From the NCBI RefSeq assembly GCF_006345805.1, contig NC_043002.1, positions 46,066,001 through 46,130,000 of the forward strand: 64,000 nt of DNA, written 5' to 3'. Numbering within the stretch: the stretch's first letter is position 1; each line of letters starts with the position of its first letter. The notes under the pieces are model-generated. The model worked only from the letters and a program-made list of their open reading frames with translations. It searched no databases and was not told where the DNA came from. This DNA is from Octopus sinensis (lineage: Eukaryota). The position numbers were made by a program, and so were the translations under genes. Of this stretch, positions 13,586-24,904 are shown in pieces.

Positions 13586-14758
13586 AATATATATATATAT
13601 ATTATATATATATATTATATATATATTATATATATATATTATATATACATACACACACACATATATATATATAATTAAGTGTGCATATGTGTGTGTGTGT
13701 TTATGACTCATTGTCTTGACAAACATCCCTCTCATACAAACCACAGTGTCATTTGTTTGCAATCTTCAGTGAAAACGTTTTGACATCGTGCTGTTTATGT
13801 TCAAAGTACTTGAAGAAATATTGGTTTAAAATTTTGGCATAAGGCCAGCAAGTTCCATGGAGGGGATTAAATTGATTACATCAATGACAGTTTTCAAATG
13901 GTACTTATTTTACTGACTGAGAGGATGAAAGGTGAAGTCAACTTTGGTGGAATTCGAACTGAGACCATAAAGGCAGATGAAATACTGCTAAGCATTTTGC
14001 CTGACACACTAATGATTCTGCTAGCTCACTGCTTTACTAGAGCAAATATTAACATACTTTGAAGCTGGTGAAACTGGAAATAGAAAGAGCATCCAGTCAT
14101 AAGAACTTACCATTACAAATTTTGTCTGATACATGCAAATATGAAAAAGTGGTAAAAGTAGTGTGTATGTGTGTGTATATGCATTTATATATAGAGATAG
14201 ACTGATCAATCGATTGATAGATAGATTCAAATATATAGATATAGGCACAGGCATGGCTATGTGGTTAAGAAGTTTGCTTCTCAACCATATGGTCTTGGGT
14301 TCAGTTCAACTGTGAGCACCTTGGGCTAGTGTCTTCTACTGTAGCCCTAAACCAATCAAAGTCTGGTGAGTGGACTTGGTAGACAGAAACTGAAAGAAGC
14401 CCATTGTGCCATTGTGAGTGTGCATGTGCATGTGCGGGTGTGTGTGTGTGTGTGTGTGTATGTGTGTGTGTGTGTGTATGTGCGTGCATGTGTGTGTGCA
14501 CACATGCACACACACACACATAATCCAAATAAGAAGACAAGCAAAGATTTTAACACATCTTTAGTAATTGGTTGCCATTTTTGCTGTAGCAATTCTGCCA
14601 GTAAAACAAGCCATGGCAAAAATCTGGATATGAGTGAAAAAATAAATAAATAATAAAAGAAGAACGTAAAAATACATTATGCAGGATATATCGTAAACAA
14701 TTCAAAATTATTTATGAATATATCAGTGGCCAGAACATGCAATCAAAAAATTTTTCAT

Positions 14759-15051
14759 AAAAGAAAAGTGTATAATTGTGAACAAATCACAATTATAATG
14801 GGGAGGGTTGTAAAAACCCTTACATGCCTAGAAATGGCAGTAAAAACTGCTATAAAACCACTATAACCACATATCTCCTCACTATATTTTATGTCATGTC
14901 ACTCACCAACAGCTTCTATAGTGAGGGGATATAATATGAGTGGTTATAGTGGCTTTGTAGTGGTTTTGACTGCTATTTCTAGACATGTAAAGGTTTTTAC
15001 AACCCTTTCCATTATAATTGTGATTTATTCACAATTATGAACTCTTCTTTT
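14759..15051. mobile_element. Fold-back MITE (long hairpin)
   Basis: About 125-bp inverted arms around a ~30-nt loop, with TA on both flanks. Confidence 0.7.
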
Positions 15052-15052
15052 A

Positions 15053-15084
<32 letters not shown>

Positions 15085-15094
15085 TATGTGTGTG

Positions 15095-15700
15095 AAGGCA
15101 TGTGGCTTAGTGGTTCAGGAGTTTGGCTCACAATTGTAAGGTGGTGAGTTCAATTCCCAGCGACGTGTTGTGTCCTTGAGCAAGACACTTCTTTTCATGT
15201 TGCTCCAGTCCACTCAGCTGGCAAAAATGAGTAGTACCTGTATTTCAAAGGGCCGGCCTTGTCACACTTTGTGTCATGCTGGATCTCCTTGAGAATTACG
15301 TTAATTTCATGAGCAAGGTGTTCTGTTGACTGTATTAGCTGGGACTCTTGTCATCATAACTGATGGAATGCTCCTACACACACAGACACATATATATGTT
15401 GTTGTTTGTTCCTTCTGAAGCCATGCCTGGTTCATAGGGCTGGTTTCCTGGTTTCCTTGGTGTATAGGTTCCCCACCTGGATGGAATGCTGTTCTGTTGC
15501 AGGTGAGCTGCAAGATACTGGAGTAAAGAGTGACAGAAAGTTGTGGTGAAAGAGTCAGCAGAAGTTGACCATTACCTTCTGCCGGAGTCACATGGAGTTT
15601 AGGTGTTTCGCTCATAAACACACACATCGCCTGGTCTGAGACTCGAACCCGCGATCCCTCAACTGCGAGTCCACTGCTCTAACCACTAGGCCATGTGCCT
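15095..15700. mobile_element. Two tRNA-derived SINEs, tail-to-tail (+ 15095-15305, - 15310-15700)
   Basis: Plus head is GGCATGTGGCTTAGTGGTT...GTTCAATTCC. Minus head is GGCACATGGCCTAGTGGTTAGAGC...GTTCGAGTCTC. Confidence 0.7.
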
Positions 15701-15988
15701 ACACACACACACACCCACACACACACATGTATTGTTTGTTTTGTAAACAACTTGAAGATGCAAGTGTTATCAGTTGAAAGTTCCTCATATAGGATGCTAG
15801 TATGCTTATGAAGTCACTAGGAGAGAATGCACACCATTTCAGGGCCTTCTTCTCAATGATGTTATTGTACCTCCCCACCTCATTGAAATGAAGTTCTGCT
15901 TGCTAGATCAACTGGTTACTCAATGTTTTTGCTCAATATTCTTCTAGCCGTATATATTTACGTATATATATATATATATATATATATA

Positions 15989-18054
15989 ATTACAGAGGTA
16001 TCAAGCTGTTGGATCAGGTAATGAAGGTTACGGAGAGGGTCATAGCCCAACTAATTAGAGAGAGAGTTAGTTTAGATGAGATGCAGTTTGGGTTTGTCCC
16101 AGGGAAAAGCACCACTGATGCTATATTCCTGGTAAGGCAGCTGCAGGAGAAATACCTAGCCAAAGATAAGCCCCTGTACCTGGCTTTCGTTGACATGGAG
16201 AAAGCCTTTGATAGGGTCCCCCGATCCCTCATCTGGTGGTCAATGAGGAAACTAGGGATAGATGAATGGCTGGTGAGGGCTGTGCAAGCCATGTACAGAG
16301 ATGCCGTAAGTAAGGTTAGAGTTGGCAGCATGTACACAGAAGAATTCAAGGTAGAGGTTGGGGTCCACCAGGGTTCAGTACTCAGCCCCCTCCTATTTAT
16401 CATAGTCCTCCAGGCAATTGTGGAGGAATTCAAGACAGGTTGCCCCTGGGAGCTCCTCTATGCTGACGACCTCGCTCTAATCGCTGAGTCACTATCAGAA
16501 CTGGAGGAGAAGTTCCAGGTGTGGAAGGAGGGTTTAGAATCGAGGGGCCTTAGAGTCAACCTAGCTAAAACCAAAGTACTAATAAGTAGAAAGTTAGAAA
16601 ATCCACAAATATCCTCAGGAAGATGGCCCTGCTCGATCTGTAGAAAAGGTGTAGGTAGAAACTCTATAAGATGTACCCAGTGTAAGCTATGGACACATAA
16701 GAGGTGCAGCAATGTCAAAGGTAGGCTAACTGGGAAGATAGTTTTTGTATGTGGCAGATGCTCTGGAGCATTGACCTCCGAAAATCTGCAGAAAACAACT
16801 TCCGTCACTTTCCGGGGGGAAAAACTAGAAGTAGTTGATAGCTTCCGCTATCTAGGTGACCAAGTCAGTAGTGGGGGCGGGTGCACTGAAAGTGTAACTG
16901 CTAGAATAAGAATAGCCTGGGCAAAGTTTAGGGAGCTCTTACCTCTGCTGGTGACTAAAGGCCTCTCGCTCAGAGTAAAAGGCAGACTGTATGATGCATG
17001 TGTACGAACAGCTATGCTACATGGCAGTGAAACATGGGCCGTGACTGCTGAGGACATGCGTAAGCTTGTGAGGAACGAAGCCAGTATGCTCCGATGGATG
17101 TGTAATGTCAGTGTACTTACTCGACAGAGCGTTAGTACCTTGAGAGAAATGTTGTACCTAAGAAGCATCAGTTGTTGTGTGCAAGAGAGATGATTGCGCT
17201 GGTATGGTCATGTGGCGAGAATGGATGAAGATAGGTGTGTGAGAAGTGCCAATCCCTAGCAGTTGAGGGAACCCATGGAAGAGGTAGACCCAGGAAAACC
17301 TGGGACGAAGTGGTGAAGCACGACCTTCGGACGTTAGGTCTCACCATGGAAATGACTAGAGACCGAGACCTATGGAAGTATGCTGTGCGTGAGAAGACCC
17401 GGCAAGACTAGTGAAGCCATAATCCGTGGCCCCTACCTGGGACGTAGTCAGTCCACCTGTGCATACCTTCCTTCTTGTGACACTTGTGAAGACCTGTTGA
17501 GGCAAGTGAGAATCGAATCGAATCAAATCAAATCAAATCGAACCAAATCAAATCGAACCAAATCAAAATAGATGAACATCAATGGAATTTGTATCCTTGT
17601 GGTACCAGTGCCGGTGGCACATAAGAAAACCATCCGAACGTGATCGTAGCCAGTACCGCAACGACTGGCCTCCGTGCTGAGGGCACATAACAAACACCAT
17701 CCGAGCGTGGCCGTCCGCCAGCCCCGTCTGGCACCTGTGTCGGTGACACATAAGAAAACACCATCCGAGCATGGCCGTCAGCCAGCCTCGTCTGGCACCT
17801 GTGTCGGTGGCACATAAAAAACACCATCCGAGCGTGGCCATCTGCCAGCCTCGTCTGGCACCTGTGTCGGTGGCACATAAAATCACCCACTACACTCTCG
17901 GAGTGGTTGGCGTTAGGAAGGGCATCCAGCTGTAGAAACACTGCCAGATCTGACTGGCCTGGTGCAGCCTTCGGGCTTGCCAGACCCCAGTTGAACCGTC
18001 CAACCCATGCTAGCATGGAAAGCGGACGTTAAACGATGATGATGATGATGATGA
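15989..18054 (+). mobile_element. 5'-truncated young RTE-clade LINE with long 3' UTR and (GAT)n tail
   Basis: Begins mid-RT after a (TA)n tract. The ORF is followed by a UTR with (AATCG/A)n, ~58-bp tandem units, and GGACGTTAAACGATGATGATG. Confidence 0.9.
16009..17193 (+). pseudogene. RTE reverse transcriptase (partial) with PHD-like C4HC3 finger
   Basis: Motifs QFGFVPGKSTTDAIF, FVDMEKAFDRV, GVHQGSVLSPLLF, LYADD and FRYLG are present. A premature TGA at 17191 is followed by RLRWYGHVARM in the same frame. Confidence 0.92.
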
Positions 18055-18070
18055 TTTATATATATATACC

Positions 18071-18357
18071 ATCTGAACGTGGCCATTGCCAGCGGCGCCC
18101 AGACTGGCCTCCGTGCCAGTGGCACATAAAAAACACCATCCGATCATGGCCATTGCCAGCCTCACCTGGCACGTAAAAAGCACCCACTACATTCACGGAG
18201 TGGTTGGCGTTAGGAAGGGCATCCAGCTGTAGAAATACTGCCAGATCAGACTGGAGCCTGGTGCAGCCTCCTAGCTTCCCAGACCCCAGTTGAACCGTCC
18301 AACCCATGCTAGCATGGAAAGCGGACGTTAAACGATGATGATGATGATGATGATGAT
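18071..18357 (+). mobile_element. Truncated copy of the RTE 3' UTR/tail
   Basis: Repeats the 17830-18054 sequence and ends in (GAT)n. Confidence 0.85.
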
Positions 18358-20469
18358 AGTTAAAGAGAATAGTGATTATAGAAATCCAGGCAAATACCTC
18401 TTTAAGCTCTCTTTGTGATGGACCTAACCACCAGAGTGTCCATTGAAGTGTATAGTAATCTAAAACCCTTAGATATAACTTGTGACAGGTATAAGATGTA
18501 AATCTGAAGTTATTCACTAATTGATAGGTTGGGGCATTAATCACAGAGTATAATAGTAATCAGATAAAGAATGACGAATTATATTCTTACATAATTTTAT
18601 TCACTTATGTATGCATCAAATAGCTTGAAAAAACTGTGTCTACATCATGCAATGGTTTGTATGCATAATCAATCAATTAATTAATCAATTAATTAATTGA
18701 ACAGTCATCCCTCAAACTATTCTTGTCAGAGCTCAAAAGCTAGTCTGTTAAATTTTTTGAAGATTGCTACAGATAAAGTTTGTGAAAGGAGTTGTTGATG
18801 GTCTGGAGAAAGAGACAATGCTCATGGCCTTTGCAGCTCCACTTAGAAAGGTGAGATTAATGCCATTACTGCTCTTCTTCAATCATTGCAAATCAATACC
18901 TACAAGAAAGACAAGTATCATCTTGGCATTGATAATTTCTGCCTGTCTAAGGACTTCAAGGCTGGTAACAAATGTACCAAGAATTCTTTGGTGATAGCCA
19001 CACTGGCTATTGTTAGTGATCTGCTATAGCCTGCAATCATGAGGCCTGGCAGGTCATCAGTGTATCTCCTTCTACAAGAATTCACATACAGTTGCCTTTG
19101 GTACACAAAAGGAGATCATAGATTAACTATGACAGCAATACTGAATTCAGAAAAGAGTTCCTTTATTGCAACAGTCTGTTGCATGTGGCTTCAACCATGT
19201 AGTCAATGTAGGCATTCTGGTTCATGAATCTTCATTTGCAAAAATCAAGCCACAATGATGATACCTCCCCCTCCTCTTCATCACCGCCGCTGCCACTGCC
19301 ACAGCCGCCACTGCCGCCGCTGCCGCCGCTGCCGCCGCTGCCGCCGCTCCCGCCACCACCACCACCACCACCACCACCACCACCACCAGCATTGTTTTTA
19401 CATTTGTTTTTCCATGCTGGCATAGGATAGACAAAAATTTAGACAAATTTTCTATAACTGGATGCTCTTCCTGATGCCAACACTTACCTATTTTTCAAGT
19501 AGAAGGACCATTCCACTGGCCATCACTCATTGAAACTTGACAATGTCACAAAACTTACAAGACTTTGTTGACTGGAGATAATAAATAAGGTCACTATTTT
19601 TGTTAAAGCTCTTCAGTGAAAGCTTAGTTACTTTGCGTCATTGACTTTTCTTTTTCCCTTTCTCTCTCACTCTCTTCCAATCACTCAATTTCTTCCTCTT
19701 TCTTTCTCTCCTCCTGTCTTCCATTATCCATGTCTGTTTAGCAGAAGACTTGTTTACCGAAGAGCTGCTTTTGGATGTTGCTACAGACATCACTTAGAAA
19801 TTGACAAATCAATTGATTTTAATTCATTTCAGAAGGAAGTCAACATTTTGTTGGGTGTGAGTTCAAATTTTGGTGACAACTAACTGCTGTCTTAAGCTAC
19901 AATGTACTACAAATAATGCTTCTAATGCTAATGCCACCGCAAAAGAAGGCGGCGGCAGTGATAGGGGTAGTGGTGATGGTGGTGATGATGGTGGTGATGA
20001 TGGTGGTGATGATGATGATGGTGGTGATGATGGTGGTGGTGGCAGTGGTGGTCAGGATCATGGTGGTAGTAGTAGTTGCTGTCGTCACCACTGTCATCGT
20101 CGTCACCGCTGTGATCGTTGTCATCGTAGTAGTAGTAGCAGCAGCAGCAGCTTTTAGTGACTTCTGTCAGATTCTCTACCAGAGATCCCAAAAGGAACCA
20201 AAACTAATGAAATCTGTTCTCGCTTTAAATTGCTGTCGCTTTTAACCAAAGTTAAAATCTACAAACTGTCTAAAAACATGTGTTGATCTTTTTAGAAACC
20301 AGCTGTCTGATCATTTTACCAAAAATTTTTCATAACTAGGAGAGAGAGAGATTTCCTTCCAGCAGCAAAGGTGAATGCAGCCACTATAAGTACAAGGATA
20401 AAAACAGAAAATGAATTGATATTGAAGATGTTCCTCAGTCTGCAACATTTTTTCTTTTTCTTTTTCTTG

Positions 20470-20648
20470 TTTCAGTTATTTGACTGCGACCATGCTGGGG
20501 CATTGCCTTGAAGGGTTTTAGTCAAACAAATCACCCCAAGCCTAGTACTTAATCTATCGGCCTCTTTTGCTGAATCACTAAGATATGGGTACATAAATAC
20601 ACCAACACCAATTGTCAAGTGGTGGTAGGGAACAAACACTGATACAAA

Positions 20649-20702
<54 letters not shown>

Positions 20703-20852
20703 AAAGGCTTCTTTCAGTTTCCATCTACTAAATCCACTCACAAGGTTTTGGTCAGCTTGAGGCTATAGTAGAAGGTGCCATGCAGTGAGACTGAACCCAG
20801 AACCATATGACTGAGAAGCAAGCTTCCTATCACACAGTCACACCTGCACCTA
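20470..20852 (-). mobile_element. SINE family B copy
   Basis: Homologous to 61373-61780. Further copies at about 21030-21480, 23930-24330 and 43820-44330. Confidence 0.75.
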
Positions 20853-21769
20853 TAAACTAACACAAAATAATAATAATATTACTGTGAAAAAAAATATAAT
20901 ATTAGGAACTGCAGCATCAATTAGCAGTCATATGAAACAATTCTAGGAAACAGTAATAGCTACAAATTAATAGACTCTGTTGTGAATCAAGGAGAAATAG
21001 TTCACTATATTTAGTCCATTTTTTTTTGCATCTTTCAGTCATTGGACTACAGTCATCCTGGGGTATTGCCTTGGAACTTTTAGTTGAACAAATCAATCTT
21101 GGTACTTATTTTGTTTTTAAACCTGGTACTTATTCTATCAGTCTTGTTTTGCTGAACGATGAAGTTATAGGAATGTAAACAAACCAACACCAGTTGTCAA
21201 TTAGTGTGGGGGACAAACACTAAGACACACATACATAGATACGCACACACACACACATATACAGATGTGCTCACACATGCAGATGCACACACAAACGTGC
21301 ACATACACATATACGATGGGCTTCTTTCAGTTACAATCTACAAAATCCACTCAGAAGGCTTTGGATGGCCTGGGCTATAGTAGAAGGCTCTTTCCATAGA
21401 TATCAAATAGTGGGACTGAACCAGGAACCATGTGGTTGGAAAGTAAACTTCTTATCACACGGCCATGTGACACTTACACTATCAATCTCTTTTGCTGCAC
21501 CACTAAGTCACAAAGATGTAAACAAACCCATACCAGTTGTCAAGTGGTGGGTGGAGGTGACAAACACGCACACACACACGCACACACACACACACATAAT
21601 TGGTTTCCATGCAATCTCCATCAACCAAATTCACTTATAAGGTTTTGGTCAGCCTTGGGTGACCAGGCAGTGAGATTGAACCTGAAACCATATGATTGCT
21701 AAGTGAGCTTCTTAACCACACAGCCATGCCTGCTCCTGAAAATTTTAAAAATTCATTGGAACCTTCAGG

Positions 21770-22430
21770 TTTATCACCAAACAGACTTCAGCTAAGAAAG
21801 CTCACCAATAATGTTACTGTGTAACATATCAGTGTGGCTATGCAATGGTATACAATTATCTGTTTAAGAACTTTATGCTGCATGTCATCAACACTACTAT
21901 TCTCACTAGATCCACTAAAAGAGAGGATTCTTTTGTACCCATATGCCAACAGTTGTGCCCTTTCAAATTAGGAGATTATACACAGGTTCCAGAACACCTA
22001 AGCTTTGCCATACCAATCAATAAATCCCAAAAGCAAGCATTGGCTTCAAATTTTGGCACAAGGCCAGCAATTTCAGAGGAGGGGGTAAATCGATTACATC
22101 GACCCCACTGCTCAACTGGTACTTATCTTATTGACCCCGAAAGGATGAAAAGTTAAACTGACCTTGGTGGAATTTGAACTCAGAATGTGAAGACAAACGA
22201 AATACTTCTAAGCATTTTGCCCGACATGCTAAGGATTCTCCAAGCCCCAGTTGCTGTACTGCATTCTGCAAAATACTGCTTTGCTAATGGCCAGTCTTAT
22301 GTGGGATGTACAAATTTTGGAAGCTCCACCTAATAATCCGTTAGCTTATACCCCTGTTGGTAAAACTAAAATCATTGAGTATCCCAAGGTATTGATGCCA
22401 AAACTATGACTGTTACAGATTTATTATCAT
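21770..22430 (+). pseudogene. Helitron Pif1-helicase C-terminal remnant split by a SINE (22030-22240)
   Basis: PFKLGDYTQVPEHLSFAIPINKSQKQ resembles the PF..K..QFPVRLAFAMTINKSQGQ motif. After the SINE come CFANGQSYVGC and GKTKIIEYPKVL, resembling CFSHGQLYVAC and GKTKNIVYPEAL. Confidence 0.7.
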
Positions 22431-22609
22431 ATAAGATGGAGCAATTCTTAATGTCATTTATTTATCACTTCATGTATTGCCATTTTAGTATTTCAATGTA
22501 TAAGTTTCCTTTGGGCTCTCTGGTTTCCATACCCACACATTATAGAGAAAATTGGGTGTGGTTATGAGTGCAGGCAATGCTGTAAAATATTTGGAACTCC
22601 TTTATCTTT

Positions 22610-23290
22610 TATCCTTTGCTTGTGCAGATATCAATTAGTTTCCTTTTCAACAGTTCTAAAAACATAGTAGTCCATAGGATTTAAATTTGGGAAGTTTGAA
22701 GGCTAAGAGTTAGGTGTTATATGATCATAAAGATTGTTTGACATCCATTTTTGAGTTACAGGGGCTTTGTCTTGTTGAAACATATGTGACCTTCCACTGT
22801 GTACTTTATCTATGTAGGGGTTAACAACTGTCTCCAGAACCATAACATATCCAGCAGCATTAATTCTAAGACCCTGGACATGATGACACGACCTTCATTA
22901 CTCATTGCTTTTAAAACATTACAATCACTGGAAACTTAGTGTGAATCACTGTAGGATACCAGAAGAATCTGCACATAGCCATCTGCCATTTCTCCTGTTA
23001 GACTTTTGGTCTTGGTTGAAATTTTTCTCATCAGAGTGGAATCAAAACATGCCATGTACATGAGGGTTCTTAATCTTGTAAAGTAACCACTTGGCATAGA
23101 TCAAAATGTTTTGCTGTGTCTTAGCAGATGTGAATTGGCCTGTCTTCAGTAAATACAACTTTATCAAAATTCCTCATGCAACACAGTTCTGGGAGTCCAC
23201 TCCAAAATCTGAAGTTCTTTGACAATGGCTCTCAGTGATTTTCTAGGATCATCACTGATCTAAGAAAATGTTTTGAGCCCATTAATTGAA
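22610..23290 (-). pseudogene. Degenerate Tc1/mariner transposase, maT/DD37D-like
   Basis: Minus frames give DDPRKSLRAIVKEL, HSDEKNFNQDQKSNRRNGRWLC, FQQDKAP and PNLNPMDYYVF, with stops and frameshifts. Confidence 0.75.
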
Positions 23291-24864
23291 TTGTGGTGCT
23301 CTTATATCATCATCGTTTAATGTCCGCTTTCCATGCTGGCATGGGTTGGATGATTTTGACTGAGGGGTGGTGAACCAGATGGCTGCACCAGGCTCCAATC
23401 TTGATTTGGCAGAGTTTCTACAGCAGGATGCCCTTCCTAACACCAACCACTCCGAGAGTGTAGTTGGTGCTTTTTATGTGCCACTGGCATGGGGGCCAGT
23501 CAGGCGGTACTGGCAATGACCTCACTCGAATCTTTTTACACATGCCACCAGCACAGGTGCCAGTAAGGCGATGTTGGTAACACTCACACTCAAATGGTGC
23601 CATTTTACGTGCCACCGCCACAGGAGCCAGTTGGCTGCTCTGGCAATGATCATGCTCGGATGGTGCTCTTGGCACCCTACTAGCACAGGCACGAGTGCCA
23701 GTAAGGCGATGCTGGTAATGATAGGCGACATTTAGAATGCCTTTTTCTCTTTGATAGAGTTGAAACATTCCCAGCAGAGACTTTCAATTCCATATGAGCT
23801 TTGTGTACAAAAGATCTCGCAACATTTAGTAAATTGGCAATTTCTAAATTGATGTGTACCACACATATGGCAACAATGACTGCATGTTATTTCGTTCCTT
23901 GTGTTAGCATTTATCAATAATCTTTTATCTTTTACCTATTTCAGTCAGTCATTAGACTGCAGCTGTATAGTTGAATGAATTGAACTACATTTTGTTTTTC
24001 AGCTTGGTACTTATTCTATCAGTTTTATTTTTGCCAAACTGCTAAGTTATGGGGATGTAAACACTCCAGCACCTGTTGTCAAGCAGTGATGGGAGACAAA
24101 TACAGACACAAAGACACCCCCCCCCCACATGCATATATATATGTGTGTGTGTGTGTGTATGTGTAATGGAGTTCTTTCAGTTTCCATCTATCAAATCCAC
24201 TCACAAGGCTTTGGTCAGTCCAAGACTACAGTAGAAGACACTTGTCCAAGGTGCCTTGTAGTGGGGCTGAACCTGGAACCATGTGATTGGGAAGCAAGCT
24301 TCTTACCACACAACCGTGCCTGTGCCTATGGGTAGGGATCTGAAAGAAATATAAACCTTTCAATTGGTTTGAAGAGAATAATATATTGATGGTTATGTGT
24401 TCTCAAATACACCTTGCATACTGTATACACGTATGTATATGTGTGTGTCTGAGAGAGAGAGAGATAGAGAGAGAGAGAGATAGAGAGAGAGAGAGACAAA
24501 TAGACGGACAGAATGATGGATGGATGGACAGATGGACTGATGGACCGATGGACAGACCAATAGACAGCCCGACGGACAGACAGATAAAGAGACTGCCGGA
24601 GGTAGAAAGAGATTGACAGGGAGAAAGAATGGTAGAAGCAAATGAATAAGTAAAACATATGAAAAGATAAAAGTATAAAAACTATTTAGCTGAAATAATA
24701 TTTGCATTTGCATTTATTATATAAGTTCATAACAGCCACCATTAAGGTCATACTGAAATGTACACAATGAATGAAATGATTAAATTAATCAGTTTTGTTT
24801 TCCTTATCATTTAACTTTTAAATTTTTACCCAATGGTCATTACACTCCATGCACCAACATCTTA

Positions 24865-24899
<35 letters not shown>

Positions 24900-24904
<5 letters not shown>

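Noticed and set aside
18730-19230. Coding-looking unique sequence
   Set aside because: There are stops in all frames and I could not assign a family. It may be an old transposase and needs BLASTx.
19222-20245. Poly-Gly/Pro/His/Asp ORFs, and a pyrimidine tract plus GTGAGT exon-like segment at 19740-19863
   Set aside because: The ORFs are triplet microsatellites. IDFNSFQKEVN resembles a LINE C-terminal remnant.
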